Part shown: positions 7,971 to 17,678 of the stretch, piece after piece
Layout of the letters: each line of letters opens with the position of its first letter
Position numbering within the stretch: the stretch's first letter is position 1
Assembly (NCBI GenBank): GCA_041690135.1
Contig: JAWLHY010000001.1
Coordinates: forward strand, 1,184,001 to 1,248,000
Reading direction: 5' to 3'
Length of the DNA stretch: 64,000 nt
DNA from: Armatimonadota bacterium
Lineage (GTDB): Bacteria; Armatimonadota; SYMT01
Notes under the pieces: model-generated
Database searches by the model: none
Seen by the model: only the letters and a program-made list of their open reading frames with translations
Told to the model about the DNA's origin: nothing
Translations under genes and position numbers: made by a program

Positions 7971-9920
7971 TTAGGAGCGTGAGCGGACCCACGCTTCCAG
8001 GTTCAGGACATTCCAGGCCAGTTGTGCATACCGGACCGGGGCGCCTGAAATCTGCTGACTGAGAATCTCTTCGAGTGCGGCCGGTTCGACCACGCCATGG
8101 TCGGCGAGCGCCTGGATGCCGCCCATTCGTTTCCACTGCTGTCCGGCATCGTGAAGAATGCGGGTGGTGAAGAAACTGGTCGCCAGGGCTTTCTTCTGCC
8201 GGCGGAAGCCCTGTCCGGGAAAGCGGCGTTCCAGTGATTCGCGCACCAACCCCTTGCTCCGGTTGCCCCGGTTGAGCACGTCCGGGGGGATGCGGCAGAG
8301 CAGGTCCACCAGGTCGGGGTCCCAGTACGGCTGAGCGTAGCGCGCCCCGATGCGCCGAGAGGCCGTGAACGTCTCCTCCATTTCCAGGGCGATGAGCGGG
8401 TGATCCAGCGTTACGCGGAGTTCCCGAAGGTAGAAGCTCTCCGACTCCGGCTCGGCCGCTGCTGCCGCGGCGATCAGTTGCAGCCGTTCGTCCAGGTCGC
8501 GGCGGAGGTCCAGGTCGGGTGCCAGCCACCCGGGTAGGGCCCGGGCGGCGCGCTGTTTCGCCCGGCGCTCGGAGACCGCCGGAAGGTACGTTTGCACTCC
8601 TTGCGCCAGGGCCGCGCGGGCTCGAGACCGCTTCCAGTATTCGCGGAGAACGGGTCGCAGCCCAAAGGTCCAGAGGACGGCCCGGAGCATGTCCAGTCGG
8701 GCTACCTCGTAGGACCGGTGATTGCTGCGCCAGAGACGATAAAGCCCAAGGAAGTTGAACTCCCGCACCAGGTCGGCGGCGAGTACCGGCGTCACGCCCA
8801 GCCACTCGTCGCCGCCGGCTCCGGTCAGGATGGTGCGACAACCGTTCTCCACGGCCTGGTCTCCGAGGCGCAGATAGGCGGGGAGCCAGAAACTGAGCAG
8901 TGGCGACGGCATGTGGCCCGTGAGTTCCAGAGCCGCTTCCATCAGGTTGCGGTGTCCCGCAGCTTCCTGGATCGGCAGGATCACCTGCGGCAGGTTGAGA
9001 TCGGAGGCGACACCCCGCTGGATCTGCTCTTCGTTGCAGTCTTCATGGGGAAAGACGAGAGAGAAGGCGTGGGGCACCGGAAGCCCCCGTCGCCGGCACG
9101 CCGCCGAGGCTACTGCCGCCACACTGACGCTGTCCAGACCGCCGCTAAGGTAGATTCCTGTTGGGCCGAAACTGATGGACCGCTCGACCACCTGGTCCAG
9201 CAGCGCGTCGAATTGCTCAAGAGCCCCCTCACGCACCCAGTTCACGCGGGTTCCGAGCGGGGCCGGGTCCCAGTAGCGCCGGTAGGTCTCCGTTCGTCCC
9301 TGAATCGCCATGACGTGGCCCGGCGGCACTCTCCGGACGCTCTCATAGAATGTTTCATCCACCTTCGGCCACCGGTGACGCAGGTGGTCCGCGATGGCGG
9401 CGCGGTTGATGCGTTGCGACGCGCCGGGGCTTTGCGTTAGGGCTTCGATGGCGCAGGCGAACCGCACTTCATCGCCCACCCGGGCGTGAAAGAGCGGGGT
9501 GCTGCCCAGCGGGTCCCGCGTGGCTAGAAGCCGGTTCTCCCGAGCGTCATGCACCAGGACCGCGAAGGCTCCTCGAAGCCGGGCGAAGCAGTCCTCGCCC
9601 CACCGGCGGTAGCCCTCCAGGACAATGGAAGCGGCATCAGCACGCGAGGCGCCTTCGAGTTGGAGTTCGCGCGCCAGCGCCTCGCGGTTGTAGAGCGTCC
9701 CCAGCCAGAACACGCGGATCCGGTTGGTGCACGCCTCTTCCCAGGCGGTCCAATCCGGAGCTGATGCCGGAGTTGCTGTGCCGGTAGGACGTGTCGGAGT
9801 GCCAGGGCGGCCGACCAGAACCAGCGGGTCCTGGGGTTGTGACGGCCGGAAGGCAACCCAGGGCTCACCCTGGGGAGTGGCGGCGCGTGGCGGCAAACTG
9901 ATGGATGCGGCGACCGTCAT
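7971..9920 (-). CDS. Asparagine-synthetase-like lasso cyclase (C protein)
   Basis: TRDPLGSTPLF, PP-loop LSGGLDS, TGAGGDEW. Lacks the N-terminal catalytic Cys of glutamine-hydrolysing AsnB. Flanked by RRE and precursor. Confidence 0.88.
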   Translation of the reverse strand: MTVAASISLPPRAATPQGEPWVAFRPSQPQDPLVLVGRPGTPTRPTGTATPASAPDWTAWEEACTNRIRVFWLGTLYNREALARELQLEGASRADAASIVLEGYRRWGEDCFARLRGAFAVLVHDARENRLLATRDPLGSTPLFHARVGDEVRFACAIEALTQSPGASQRINRAAIADHLRHRWPKVDETFYESVRRVPPGHVMAIQGRTETYRRYWDPAPLGTRVNWVREGALEQFDALLDQVVERSISFGPTGIYLSGGLDSVSVAAVASAACRRRGLPVPHAFSLVFPHEDCNEEQIQRGVASDLNLPQVILPIQEAAGHRNLMEAALELTGHMPSPLLSFWLPAYLRLGDQAVENGCRTILTGAGGDEWLGVTPVLAADLVREFNFLGLYRLWRSNHRSYEVARLDMLRAVLWTFGLRPVLREYWKRSRARAALAQGVQTYLPAVSERRAKQRAARALPGWLAPDLDLRRDLDERLQLIAAAAAAEPESESFYLRELRVTLDHPLIALEMEETFTASRRIGARYAQPYWDPDLVDLLCRIPPDVLNRGNRSKGLVRESLERRFPGQGFRRQKKALATSFFTTRILHDAGQQWKRMGGIQALADHGVVEPAALEEILSQQISGAPVRYAQLAWNVLNLEAWVRSRS

Positions 9921-9921
9921 G

Positions 9922-10194
9922 TCAGGCCCTCCGCACCAGGTCGTTCTGGATCAGTTGCTCCAGCGTGGTTTCGACTTCACGGCGGAGCTCGCTCTCATCC
10001 ACCTGGTATTCGCCCTGGAGGCGAGACGGGATCAACTCCGGTGCTACTCCGGCCTGCGTCAGCTCCCAGAGGCGCCCCGCCGTCTCGTTCAGTCCGTATA
10101 TCCGGTTGGTTTCCAGGTGAACCAGGACCGTTTCGGCACCCACCCGGCGCGCGACGACCGCCGGGTTGGCGTACACTCGCTGCTGAAGATCCAT
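9922..10194 (-). CDS. PqqD-family RiPP recognition element (lasso B1)
   Basis: 90 aa: VVARRVGAETVLVHLETNRIYGLNETAGRLWEL...EYQVDESELRREVETTLEQL, a classic PqqD pattern. Confidence 0.92.
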   Translation of the reverse strand: MDLQQRVYANPAVVARRVGAETVLVHLETNRIYGLNETAGRLWELTQAGVAPELIPSRLQGEYQVDESELRREVETTLEQLIQNDLVRRA

Positions 10195-10540
10195 GAAAAC
10201 CCCTCTCCACGGCGCATCGCGACGCCGTCTCGTCTTGCCAAACGACCTGACCACTCGGAGCCGACCGATCGATCGACTGCCGAGCCGTACTGCGTCCGTC
10301 ACAGGTCGGATAGGAGGATCGGTGGATTGGGGCTAAACTAGGGGTGAGACCGGCACCTGTCTGTCTCACCACGGTCGGAGGGCTCCCCCAAGCTCTCCGG
10401 CCGTCCCCTCTTCCGTTCTCCGTTCGGGTCATTCCCAGGGTGGAGAGATCCAAACCCCTAAGGTAGGACAATTCACGGGGGGCTTCGTCCGGGCTACGGC
10501 CAGGCTAGGGTCATGCTTGAGCGGAGAGCTTACAGAAACG

Positions 10541-10580
10541 CGAACACCGCCCGGATGGCAGTGCATCCGGGCGGTGTTCG
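10541..10580 (-). terminator. Probable intrinsic terminator
   Basis: Perfect 17-bp inverted repeat CGAACACCGCCCGGATG-gcagtg-CATCCGGGCGGTGTTCG, followed on the minus strand by CGTTTCTGT, 26 nt after the stop of 10607-10885. Confidence 0.7.
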
Positions 10581-10606
10581 TAGGTATGGGTTAGGGGTGG
10601 GCTGGC

Positions 10607-10885
10607 CTACGACGGTCTCGTCTGGGCAGCTCGAACTTCAGACTCCGTCGCCTGGCGCTCGATCATATGCCATTCGAGGCAGCGGCCGTCATCGAAGTGG
10701 ACCCGCCAGACTGCAAACTTCTGATCGGGCGAGGTGATGCTGCACGTGAGGGACTTGACCCGGCGCACTTTGCCGCTGAGGTCGGACCCCATTTCACGGG
10801 TATCGAAGTTTTTGATCTTCACCCACATTCCGGGGCGATACGGTGGGATGCGTGTTACCTGCTGGGGCTTGTCGCGCTGGACCAC
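10607..10885 (-). CDS. Small hypothetical protein (~92 aa)
   Basis: Protein-like composition (YRPGMWVKIKN...WRVHFDDG), strong SD-like AGAGGGGG upstream and a terminator hairpin downstream. Start uncertain. Confidence 0.55.
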   Translation of the reverse strand: MVQRDKPQQVTRIPPYRPGMWVKIKNFDTREMGSDLSGKVRRVKSLTCSITSPDQKFAVWRVHFDDGRCLEWHMIERQATESEVRAAQTRPS

Positions 10886-11146
10886 CCGGCGTGATTTCGT
10901 GTGTTCTATGGCAACCCCCTCTTTTCGAAACTAAGGTCGTCGGAAGTATCGCCGGCGCCCCATCCGACGAGGATGATAGGACCGCCTGCACTGACCATAG
11001 GTTAGCCTCTAAGAGGCGGAGCGGCACTAGAAATGACACTCCTTGACACCCCCCGTGAATCAAAAAGCCGGGCGTGGAGAATCTCCAGAATCGCCCGGCT
11101 GAATCTCGAATCGCGTGGCTGAAAAGTTCGGCTCAAACGGCCCCTG

Positions 11147-12985
11147 CTAGCGGGTTCCGGCCAGTTCCGCGTGCTTTTCCGCGCGTCTTCGCTGTGTCTT
11201 GTCAAGGGTTTTCTTGCGGATGCGGACCGTCTTGGGAGTCACCTCCACCAGTTCGTCCGGCCCGATGTACTCCAGCGACCGGTCCAGCGACATCTGGATC
11301 GGCGGCGTGAGACGGATCCCTTCATCGGCGGTGCTGCTGCGCATGTTGGTGAGGTGCTTGCGCTTGCAGACGTTCACGTCCAGGTCGCCCTCGCGGACGT
11401 GCTGGCCCACGACCATCCCCTCATACACGTCCACGCCGGGGCCGATGAACAGCTTTCCGCGCGGTTCGGCGTTGCTGAGCCCGAACGGGGTGGTGCTGCC
11501 CGCTTCCGTGGCCACCAGTGACCCGCTCCGGTTGCTCTGGATCACCCCCGCAAACGGCCGGTAGCCGCTGAACTCGGAGTTCATGATCCCGGTGCCGCGC
11601 GTTTCCGTGAGGAAGTCCGTCCGGAAGCCGATGAGCCCGCGCGTGGGGATATCGAACTCGACGTGAACCTCGCCGTTTGGCTTGTACGTCATGTCCTGCA
11701 TCTCCGCGCGCCGGCGACCGAGCATCTCCACCACCGTGCCCAGGTAGTCTTCCGCCACGTCCACTGTAAGGCGCTCGTACGGCTCGCAGAGCTTTCCGTC
11801 GAACTCCTTGTAGATCACTTCCGGCTGCGAGACCTGCAGCTCGTACCCCTCGCGCCTCATCGTTTCGATGAGGATCGCCAGGTGCAGTTCGCCGCGTCCC
11901 GCCACGCTCCAGGCGTCGGGGCTCTCCGTCTGCTCGATGCGGAGCGCCACGTTCGACTCCAACTCGCGGTAGAGGCGGGTGCGGACGTGCGGAGAGGTGC
12001 AGAACTGCCCTTCCCGGCCCGCAAACGGGCTGGTGTTCACGCTGAACGTCATGCGCAGCGTGGGCTCTTCCACCTGGGTTACGGGCAGGGCCTTTGGGTT
12101 GGCCGCGTCGGCCAGGGTTTCCCCGACGTTCACGGCCGCCACGCCGGTAACGGCGATGATGTCCCCTGCGACCCCCTCTTCGGCTTCCTGGCGCCGCAGG
12201 CCGTTGTGGGTAAAGACCTGCACGACTTTCCCGGAATTGGCGCGACCGTCCCGGTCGAAGTGGACCACCTGCTGGTTCGGCCGGATCTTGCCCGCGTAAA
12301 CGCGTCCCACGGCCACGCGACCCCGGTGCGTGTCATAGTCGATTGACGTGACCAGCATCTGGAACGGCAGGTTCACATCGACGGTCGGCGCGGGGATCTT
12401 CTCCAGGATGGTGTCGAACAGGGGGCGCAGGTCTTCACCCGGCTGGGCGAGATCGAGGGTGGCGATCCCTTGTAGAGCACTGGTGTAGACGATTGGAAAA
12501 TCGAGCTGTTCGTCATTCGCGTCGAGCGAAACGAAGAGGTCGAACGTCTGATCGATCACCCAGTCCGGCCGGGAATTCGGGCGGTCGATCTTGTTAACCA
12601 CCACCACCGCCTTCAAGCCGAGCGCGAGCGCCTTGGTCAGGACGAACTTGGTCTGCGGCATGGGGCCGTCCACCGCATCGACGAGCAGCAGCACGCCGTC
12701 CACCATGTTCAGGACGCGCTCGACCTCTCCGCCGAAGTCGGCGTGGCCCGGCGTATCGACGATGTTGATTTTGACACCCTGGTAGGTGACCGAGGTGTTC
12801 TTGGCCATAATGGTGATGCCGCGCTCGCGCTCGAGGTCGAGGCGGTCCATCACCCGCTCTTCCACCTGTTCGTTCTCGCGGAATACGTTCCCCTGGCTGA
12901 GCATGCCGTCTACGAGGGTTGTCTTCCCGTGATCGACGTGGGCGATGATGGCGACGTTTCGGATAGGGTTCTGTGAAACTGGCAT
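11147..12985 (-). CDS. typA: Translational GTPase TypA/BipA
   Basis: [59 protein letters not shown]. Confidence 0.97.
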   Translation of the reverse strand: MPVSQNPIRNVAIIAHVDHGKTTLVDGMLSQGNVFRENEQVEERVMDRLDLERERGITIMAKNTSVTYQGVKINIVDTPGHADFGGEVERVLNMVDGVLLLVDAVDGPMPQTKFVLTKALALGLKAVVVVNKIDRPNSRPDWVIDQTFDLFVSLDANDEQLDFPIVYTSALQGIATLDLAQPGEDLRPLFDTILEKIPAPTVDVNLPFQMLVTSIDYDTHRGRVAVGRVYAGKIRPNQQVVHFDRDGRANSGKVVQVFTHNGLRRQEAEEGVAGDIIAVTGVAAVNVGETLADAANPKALPVTQVEEPTLRMTFSVNTSPFAGREGQFCTSPHVRTRLYRELESNVALRIEQTESPDAWSVAGRGELHLAILIETMRREGYELQVSQPEVIYKEFDGKLCEPYERLTVDVAEDYLGTVVEMLGRRRAEMQDMTYKPNGEVHVEFDIPTRGLIGFRTDFLTETRGTGIMNSEFSGYRPFAGVIQSNRSGSLVATEAGSTTPFGLSNAEPRGKLFIGPGVDVYEGMVVGQHVREGDLDVNVCKRKHLTNMRSSTADEGIRLTPPIQMSLDRSLEYIGPDELVEVTPKTVRIRKKTLDKTQRRRAEKHAELAGTR

Positions 12986-13126
12986 AAATAGCGACTCGTA
13001 CCCTACGCCTCGGGCGCCGTACAGCATCACGGGCAGGACCGGCAAAGGGTGCGCGCGTATTCTAACAGTCCTGGTCTCCTCGCGCAATCACGGCCCGTAC
13101 CCCACGCCCGCTGGAGGGAAAGTTTA

Positions 13127-13609
13127 ATGTCATCCGATCCCTACTGGAAGCTGCGAGCCCCCGACCCGACGCCGGAGGATGAGATCTGCCGGTGCGAGCC
13201 GCTGGAGGGCATCGTGCTTTGCACGCGCCTGACGGAGAACCCGCTCTGCTGCGTGCAATGCAATGGAGAGGTCCCGCCGGAAAGCATTGGGTTCGACGGC
13301 AGGCTCGCTGAAGAGATCGCTCGCTGGCGGTCGGTGAGCGATGCGCTGTACCGCCTCTGGCTCGACTCAGGAGAGTACGAGGCCTGGGCGGCGGTGCGGC
13401 TGTTGGACCCGGCGGGGCAGGTGAACGTGGATGGCATGCGGATCACCGCCGCGCTGCACCGTTTAGTCCCGACCTACTACCGCTGGTTCCGGGATACGGA
13501 GGATGGGGAGGTCCCTACCCGGTGCCCCGTCTGTTCGGGACCCCTGGAGGACTCCATCCGGGAAGGCGACCTTGCGTGTGGAGCGTGCCGGATAGTTATC
13601 CAGCGCTAG
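13127..13609 (+). CDS. Zn-ribbon-containing protein (DUF2310-like)
   Basis: CxC, CxxC, LWLDSGEYE, CPVC, CGAC. SD GGAGGG upstream of ATG at 13127. Confidence 0.7.
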   Translation: MSSDPYWKLRAPDPTPEDEICRCEPLEGIVLCTRLTENPLCCVQCNGEVPPESIGFDGRLAEEIARWRSVSDALYRLWLDSGEYEAWAAVRLLDPAGQVNVDGMRITAALHRLVPTYYRWFRDTEDGEVPTRCPVCSGPLEDSIREGDLACGACRIVIQR

Positions 13610-13935
13610 CTAGCAAATTCCGCAAGAAGAAAACAGCTTCTCCCTTCGACAGAGCACACCATTGGAGCACACCAGCGTAGAAGAGACTGCGTGCATAGGA
13701 TTGGGGAGGGCACGTCCGCAAACCATCGGTTAACGGCACCAGTAGGGAACGTCTCGCAGTAGCGTTCCGCCGACTTGGAGCCGATCCCGTCCCGCCAACT
13801 CGTGGCTGCCTGGATCCAGAGCCGGTCCGGTTCGGCCTAAAGGGATCAGCTTTAGAGATTTCGGAATGGAACGGCGTCACATTCCCTACCGCACAGGTCA
13901 CCAGAGTCGCGTCTGACCCAGAGGTGGCCTGCGAG

Positions 13936-14340
13936 CTATTTGAATTCCCGGCCGCCTGCCAGGCGACTCACCGCCGCGCAGAGTTGTTTGAAAGCTTCAC
14001 TCTTATTGGGACCGGTGCCGTCGGGAGGGTAAGTGTTCTTCCCGGACGACCGGAAGGAATGCTCGCCGTGGGAGATCTCCACGGTCCACCGCATTCCCCG
14101 GCTGAACTTGCCGGGCTCGTACTCGCGGTCCCAATCCCACACGGGGATGGCGTCCAGGGCCGCCCAGAACTCCTGCCAGGCCTCCTCGGTGGGTTGAAGT
14201 TCCACCGTCTTCTTCCCTTTGTACTCGTAGTCCCAGCGGTCGTAGAATAGCTTCCCCTGCTCCCAACGGATTCCATACGAGAACTGGATGAAGCCACCCA
14301 CGAAGACTCGCAGGTGGCGTGGCTCGAATTCGCCCGGCAT
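13936..14340 (-). CDS. Hypothetical protein (134 aa, Trp-rich)
   Basis: Protein-like sequence (WQEFW..LD.I.VWDW...SGKNTYP), SD GGAAAG upstream. Confidence 0.7.
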   Translation of the reverse strand: MPGEFEPRHLRVFVGGFIQFSYGIRWEQGKLFYDRWDYEYKGKKTVELQPTEEAWQEFWAALDAIPVWDWDREYEPGKFSRGMRWTVEISHGEHSFRSSGKNTYPPDGTGPNKSEAFKQLCAAVSRLAGGREFK

Positions 14341-14458
14341 CTATTTTTCTTTTCCTTCCGACAAGCAATCTGGTGCAGAGTGCGAGACAGTCCGCTTCAC
14401 TGCTACTTTGTAATTCTCGGAAGGGTTGGGTGCTTCGTTGCAACTCTTGTAAGCACTT

Positions 14459-16168
14459 CTATCGGTGATGCAGCCACTCCAGGAGGCGATCGAGTGACCA
14501 GGTGTTGATCACGTCTTCCGGCTCCAGCCAGGCGCGTCGGGCCTGCGAGATACCCCACCGGATCATTTGTAGGTGCTCCGGCCGATGGGCGTCCGGATTG
14601 ATGGAGATGGGGATGCCGCGCTCTTTGGCCTGGCGTGCGTATTCTTCGTTTAGGTCGAGGCGGTCGGGGAAGGCATTGATCTCCAGCGCGACCCGGTTGG
14701 CCAGGGCGGCATCCATCACCCGGTCCATGTCCACGGCATAGGGGTCCCGCGTGCCCAGGATTCGCCCCGTGGGGTGCGCGAGGATGTCGACGACCCCCGA
14801 CTCCAGCGCCCGGAGGATCCGCTGGGTCATCGTTTCCAGGTCCTGCTTCTGGTTCACGTGGACGCTGGCAACGACCACATCCAGTTCATTCAGGAGCTCG
14901 AGGGGCAGGTCCAGGCTCCCGTCCGGAAGGATGTCGCACTCGATCCCCTTGAGCACGCGAAAACCATCCGTGAAGGTGGCGTTCAGGGCGTCGATCTCCG
15001 CCATCTGGAGGCGGAGCCGTTCTTCATCCAGCCCGCGGGCGATGGCCAGGTTCTTGGAGTGGTCCGTATTGCCGTGGAAGGCATAGCCGGCGGCGTGTGC
15101 TGCTTCCGCCATGCGCGCGATGGGTGCCGCACCGTCGCTCCAGGTGCTGTGCGCGTGGAGCGCGCCGCGGATGTCGTCGACTTCGATCAGGCGGGGCAGC
15201 TTCCCCGTCCGGGCGGCCTCGATTTCGCCGTGTCCTTCCCGCAACTCCGGGGCGATCCAGGGAAGCCCGAGCGCTCGGTAAACGGCGGCATCAGGCTCCT
15301 CTTCCGCGGCCGGCTGCGAAAGCTCAAGGCTTTCCAAAGACAGCCCCTGACCGGCGGCATGCTCCAGTAACTGCTCGTTGTGCTGCCGGGAACCGGTCCG
15401 CCGCTGTAACAGAACCGGGAAGCGCTCACGGGAGGAGACCCACAGGCTGGCGTGCATTCCGTTGGCGGTTTCGATGACGGCGTGCTCCTCGTCGCGCTCT
15501 ATGACCCGAGTCGCCTCGCCCAGGGTTCCGAACGCGTCCAGCACCGCTGCCGGTTGGGTGGCCGCGGCAGCCAGATCGATGTTGCCGACCGTATCCTGCC
15601 GCCGCCGCAGGCTCCCGGCAAGCGACACCTGTGCGGCCGTCCCGGAGGCCTGCAGAGCCCGGATAAGCCCTTCGGCATAGGGCAGCGCGACCCCGATGGG
15701 ACGGCGGAGCAGCCGCCGGCGGTGGGCGATAATGGCCTCCAGGAGCTTGGCTTCCGACTTCTCCCCCAGGCCGCCGATGCCCTGGAGCCGGTGGGACTGG
15801 GCCGCGTCTTCCAACTCGGCCAGGTTGCGGATCCCCAGCTCGCGCCAGACGGCCTGGATCTTCTTGGGGCCGAAACCGGGCAGATGGAGGACCTCGATGA
15901 GGCTTTCGGGCACCTGTTCCTTCAAGCGCTCGTACAGGTCGCAGGTGCCGGTTGCGATGATGTCGCGCGTCTTGGCCGCGATGGCCTCCCCCACCCCAGG
16001 GATGTTCTGCAACTCGCCCCGTTCCGCCAGCACCTCCAGGCTCTCGGTCATCTCCTGCATGGTCTGGGCGGCGTTGCGGTAGGCGCGGATCTTGAAGGCA
16101 TTCTCCCCCTGGATTTCCATCAGATCGGCGATGCGGGAGAAGACACGGGCAATGGCGTAGTTGTTCAT
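14459..16168 (-). CDS. polX: PolX-PHP (DNA polymerase X/3'-5' exonuclease) with degenerate polymerase active site
   Basis: GENAFKIRAY, HhH IPGVGEAIA, AGSLRR, IAPELRE. PHP motifs LHAHSTWSDG, TDHS, GIECDI, AHPTGR, PDAH. Confidence 0.93.
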   Translation of the reverse strand: MNNYAIARVFSRIADLMEIQGENAFKIRAYRNAAQTMQEMTESLEVLAERGELQNIPGVGEAIAAKTRDIIATGTCDLYERLKEQVPESLIEVLHLPGFGPKKIQAVWRELGIRNLAELEDAAQSHRLQGIGGLGEKSEAKLLEAIIAHRRRLLRRPIGVALPYAEGLIRALQASGTAAQVSLAGSLRRRQDTVGNIDLAAAATQPAAVLDAFGTLGEATRVIERDEEHAVIETANGMHASLWVSSRERFPVLLQRRTGSRQHNEQLLEHAAGQGLSLESLELSQPAAEEEPDAAVYRALGLPWIAPELREGHGEIEAARTGKLPRLIEVDDIRGALHAHSTWSDGAAPIARMAEAAHAAGYAFHGNTDHSKNLAIARGLDEERLRLQMAEIDALNATFTDGFRVLKGIECDILPDGSLDLPLELLNELDVVVASVHVNQKQDLETMTQRILRALESGVVDILAHPTGRILGTRDPYAVDMDRVMDAALANRVALEINAFPDRLDLNEEYARQAKERGIPISINPDAHRPEHLQMIRWGISQARRAWLEPEDVINTWSLDRLLEWLHHR

Positions 16169-16947
16169 GGCTGGACGTCGTCGAGGAATTGCAGGGAGTT
16201 GAGCGGAGTCTCGAGCTGATGCCGGAGGTAGGGAATCATGCACCGGGTGAGATCCCTACGGATGGATTCGGTCCACTCGGCGCTGGCGGCCTGCACCAGC
16301 GGCATCCGCATCAGGCGCCGCATGGCCTGGAGCGACCCCGGCCCCAGCGAGAGGCTGCCGGGCGTGGCGCGGGCGTGATGGGCGCACAGCATTCCGCCCC
16401 GGAGGGGGTGGAAGGCGGAGTCGGCGTCTTCCACGGGGCTGCCGTCGAAAACGCACTGCTGAAGCTGCGGCTCGTAACCCAGCAGGGTCATGGCCTGGAG
16501 CTCGAAGGCGCGCGCCAGCAGGTCCGGGTTCTTGCCCACCTCGAGTACGCCTAGCGCCGCCACGAGGACGTCCCAGAGCGCGGGCATGGGCTGGCGCTCT
16601 TCGATGCCGGTGCTCACGATTTCCAGGAAGTGGGAAGCATAGCCGATGCGTACGAGGTCCTTGCGGATGTCGGAGAAGGAATTCTCTACCTGCGCCTGGG
16701 TCAGCACATCCAGGTTCTGACCTTGCGCCAGGAGGCCGCTGAACCAGGTGAACAGCTCCGTCGCGCCCGCCATCCGGCTCCGCGGGCTGCGGACCCCTTT
16801 GACGATCGCGTTCAATTTGCCGCGCTCGCGAGTGAAGAGCGTGAGCACCCGGTCCGTTTCGCCGATATTCAGCCGGCGCAGCACCACCGCCTCGGCCCGG
16901 TACACGCGGCCTCCCGGCGCGCCGGTCCCTCCAGATCCCATTGCCAT
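16165..16947 (-). CDS. recO: DNA repair protein RecO
   Basis: EAVVLRRLNIGETDRVLTLFTRERGKLNAIVKG, LGYEPQLQQC, GGMLC. Stop overlaps the polX ATG. Confidence 0.93.
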   Translation of the reverse strand: MAMGSGGTGAPGGRVYRAEAVVLRRLNIGETDRVLTLFTRERGKLNAIVKGVRSPRSRMAGATELFTWFSGLLAQGQNLDVLTQAQVENSFSDIRKDLVRIGYASHFLEIVSTGIEERQPMPALWDVLVAALGVLEVGKNPDLLARAFELQAMTLLGYEPQLQQCVFDGSPVEDADSAFHPLRGGMLCAHHARATPGSLSLGPGSLQAMRRLMRMPLVQAASAEWTESIRRDLTRCMIPYLRHQLETPLNSLQFLDDVQP

Positions 16948-16993
16948 TCTTTGTGATCCCCCGGCAGATCTTACCGGCCCGGTGCGGGAGCGT

Positions 16994-17659
16994 TCATTTC
17001 TCTTCCCAGCCGCTGTGGCTGGGCGCCGACGACGAGGCGCGCAGGTGCGATACGTCGTTGGCGCCGGCCAGAATCGGCCCGCGAGACGTGAACAGCACCC
17101 GGCTGACCGACGTGTTCTCGACCCGGATCTTCGGATAGACCTCCAGCGGGAGGCCCAGCAGTCCCACCAGCATGATTCGCACGGGACCTCCGTGCGCAAC
17201 CACCGCCACCGTTTGTCCCGGGTGCCGCGGAAGATGTTCGCGGAGCGCCGCCATGCATCGCTCCGACAGGTCTTCCAGCGTCTCGCCTCCGGGCGGGCGA
17301 TGGCGGATAGCGTCGGTGCGCCACAGATGGTAGGCCTCCGGATAAGCTGCCGCTACTTCCGCGGCGGTGAGCCCTTCGAATACGCCAAAACGAGCTTCCC
17401 GCAGCCGGGGATCGCTTCGGACTTCCGTCCCGCGATCCTCGACCAGTAACTCCGCGGTTCGGTGGGAACGCTTCAGATCGCTCGTATACACCGCATCCAG
17501 CGGTTCCGAATGCAGCCAACTGCCAAGCCGCCGGGCCTGCTCTTCGCCGCGCGGTGTCAACGGTACATCGTGGTGCCCCTGGATCCGGTTGTCCAGGTTC
17601 CACTGCGTCTCACCATGCCGGATCAGCAACACCTGCGTACCGGGTGCTATTTCGTTCAC
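16994..17659 (-). CDS. Histidine phosphatase superfamily protein (PGM/CobC-like)
   Basis: LIRHGETQWN, SDLKRS, LRE, PGGET, VAHGG. Confidence 0.9.
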   Translation of the reverse strand: MNEIAPGTQVLLIRHGETQWNLDNRIQGHHDVPLTPRGEEQARRLGSWLHSEPLDAVYTSDLKRSHRTAELLVEDRGTEVRSDPRLREARFGVFEGLTAAEVAAAYPEAYHLWRTDAIRHRPPGGETLEDLSERCMAALREHLPRHPGQTVAVVAHGGPVRIMLVGLLGLPLEVYPKIRVENTSVSRVLFTSRGPILAGANDVSHLRASSSAPSHSGWEEK

Positions 17660-17678
17660 GACTACTTCTTCCAGGAAA

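Noticed and set aside
7783-8841. 352-aa ORF in the supplied track
   Set aside because: It overlaps the cyclase out of frame and is Arg/Pro/Gly-rich noise; only the last 53 codons, which have their own SD and ATG, are credible.
7971-9920. Ordinary asparagine synthetase AsnB
   Set aside because: No N-terminal catalytic Cys, and the RRE/B2/precursor context indicates a RiPP cyclase.
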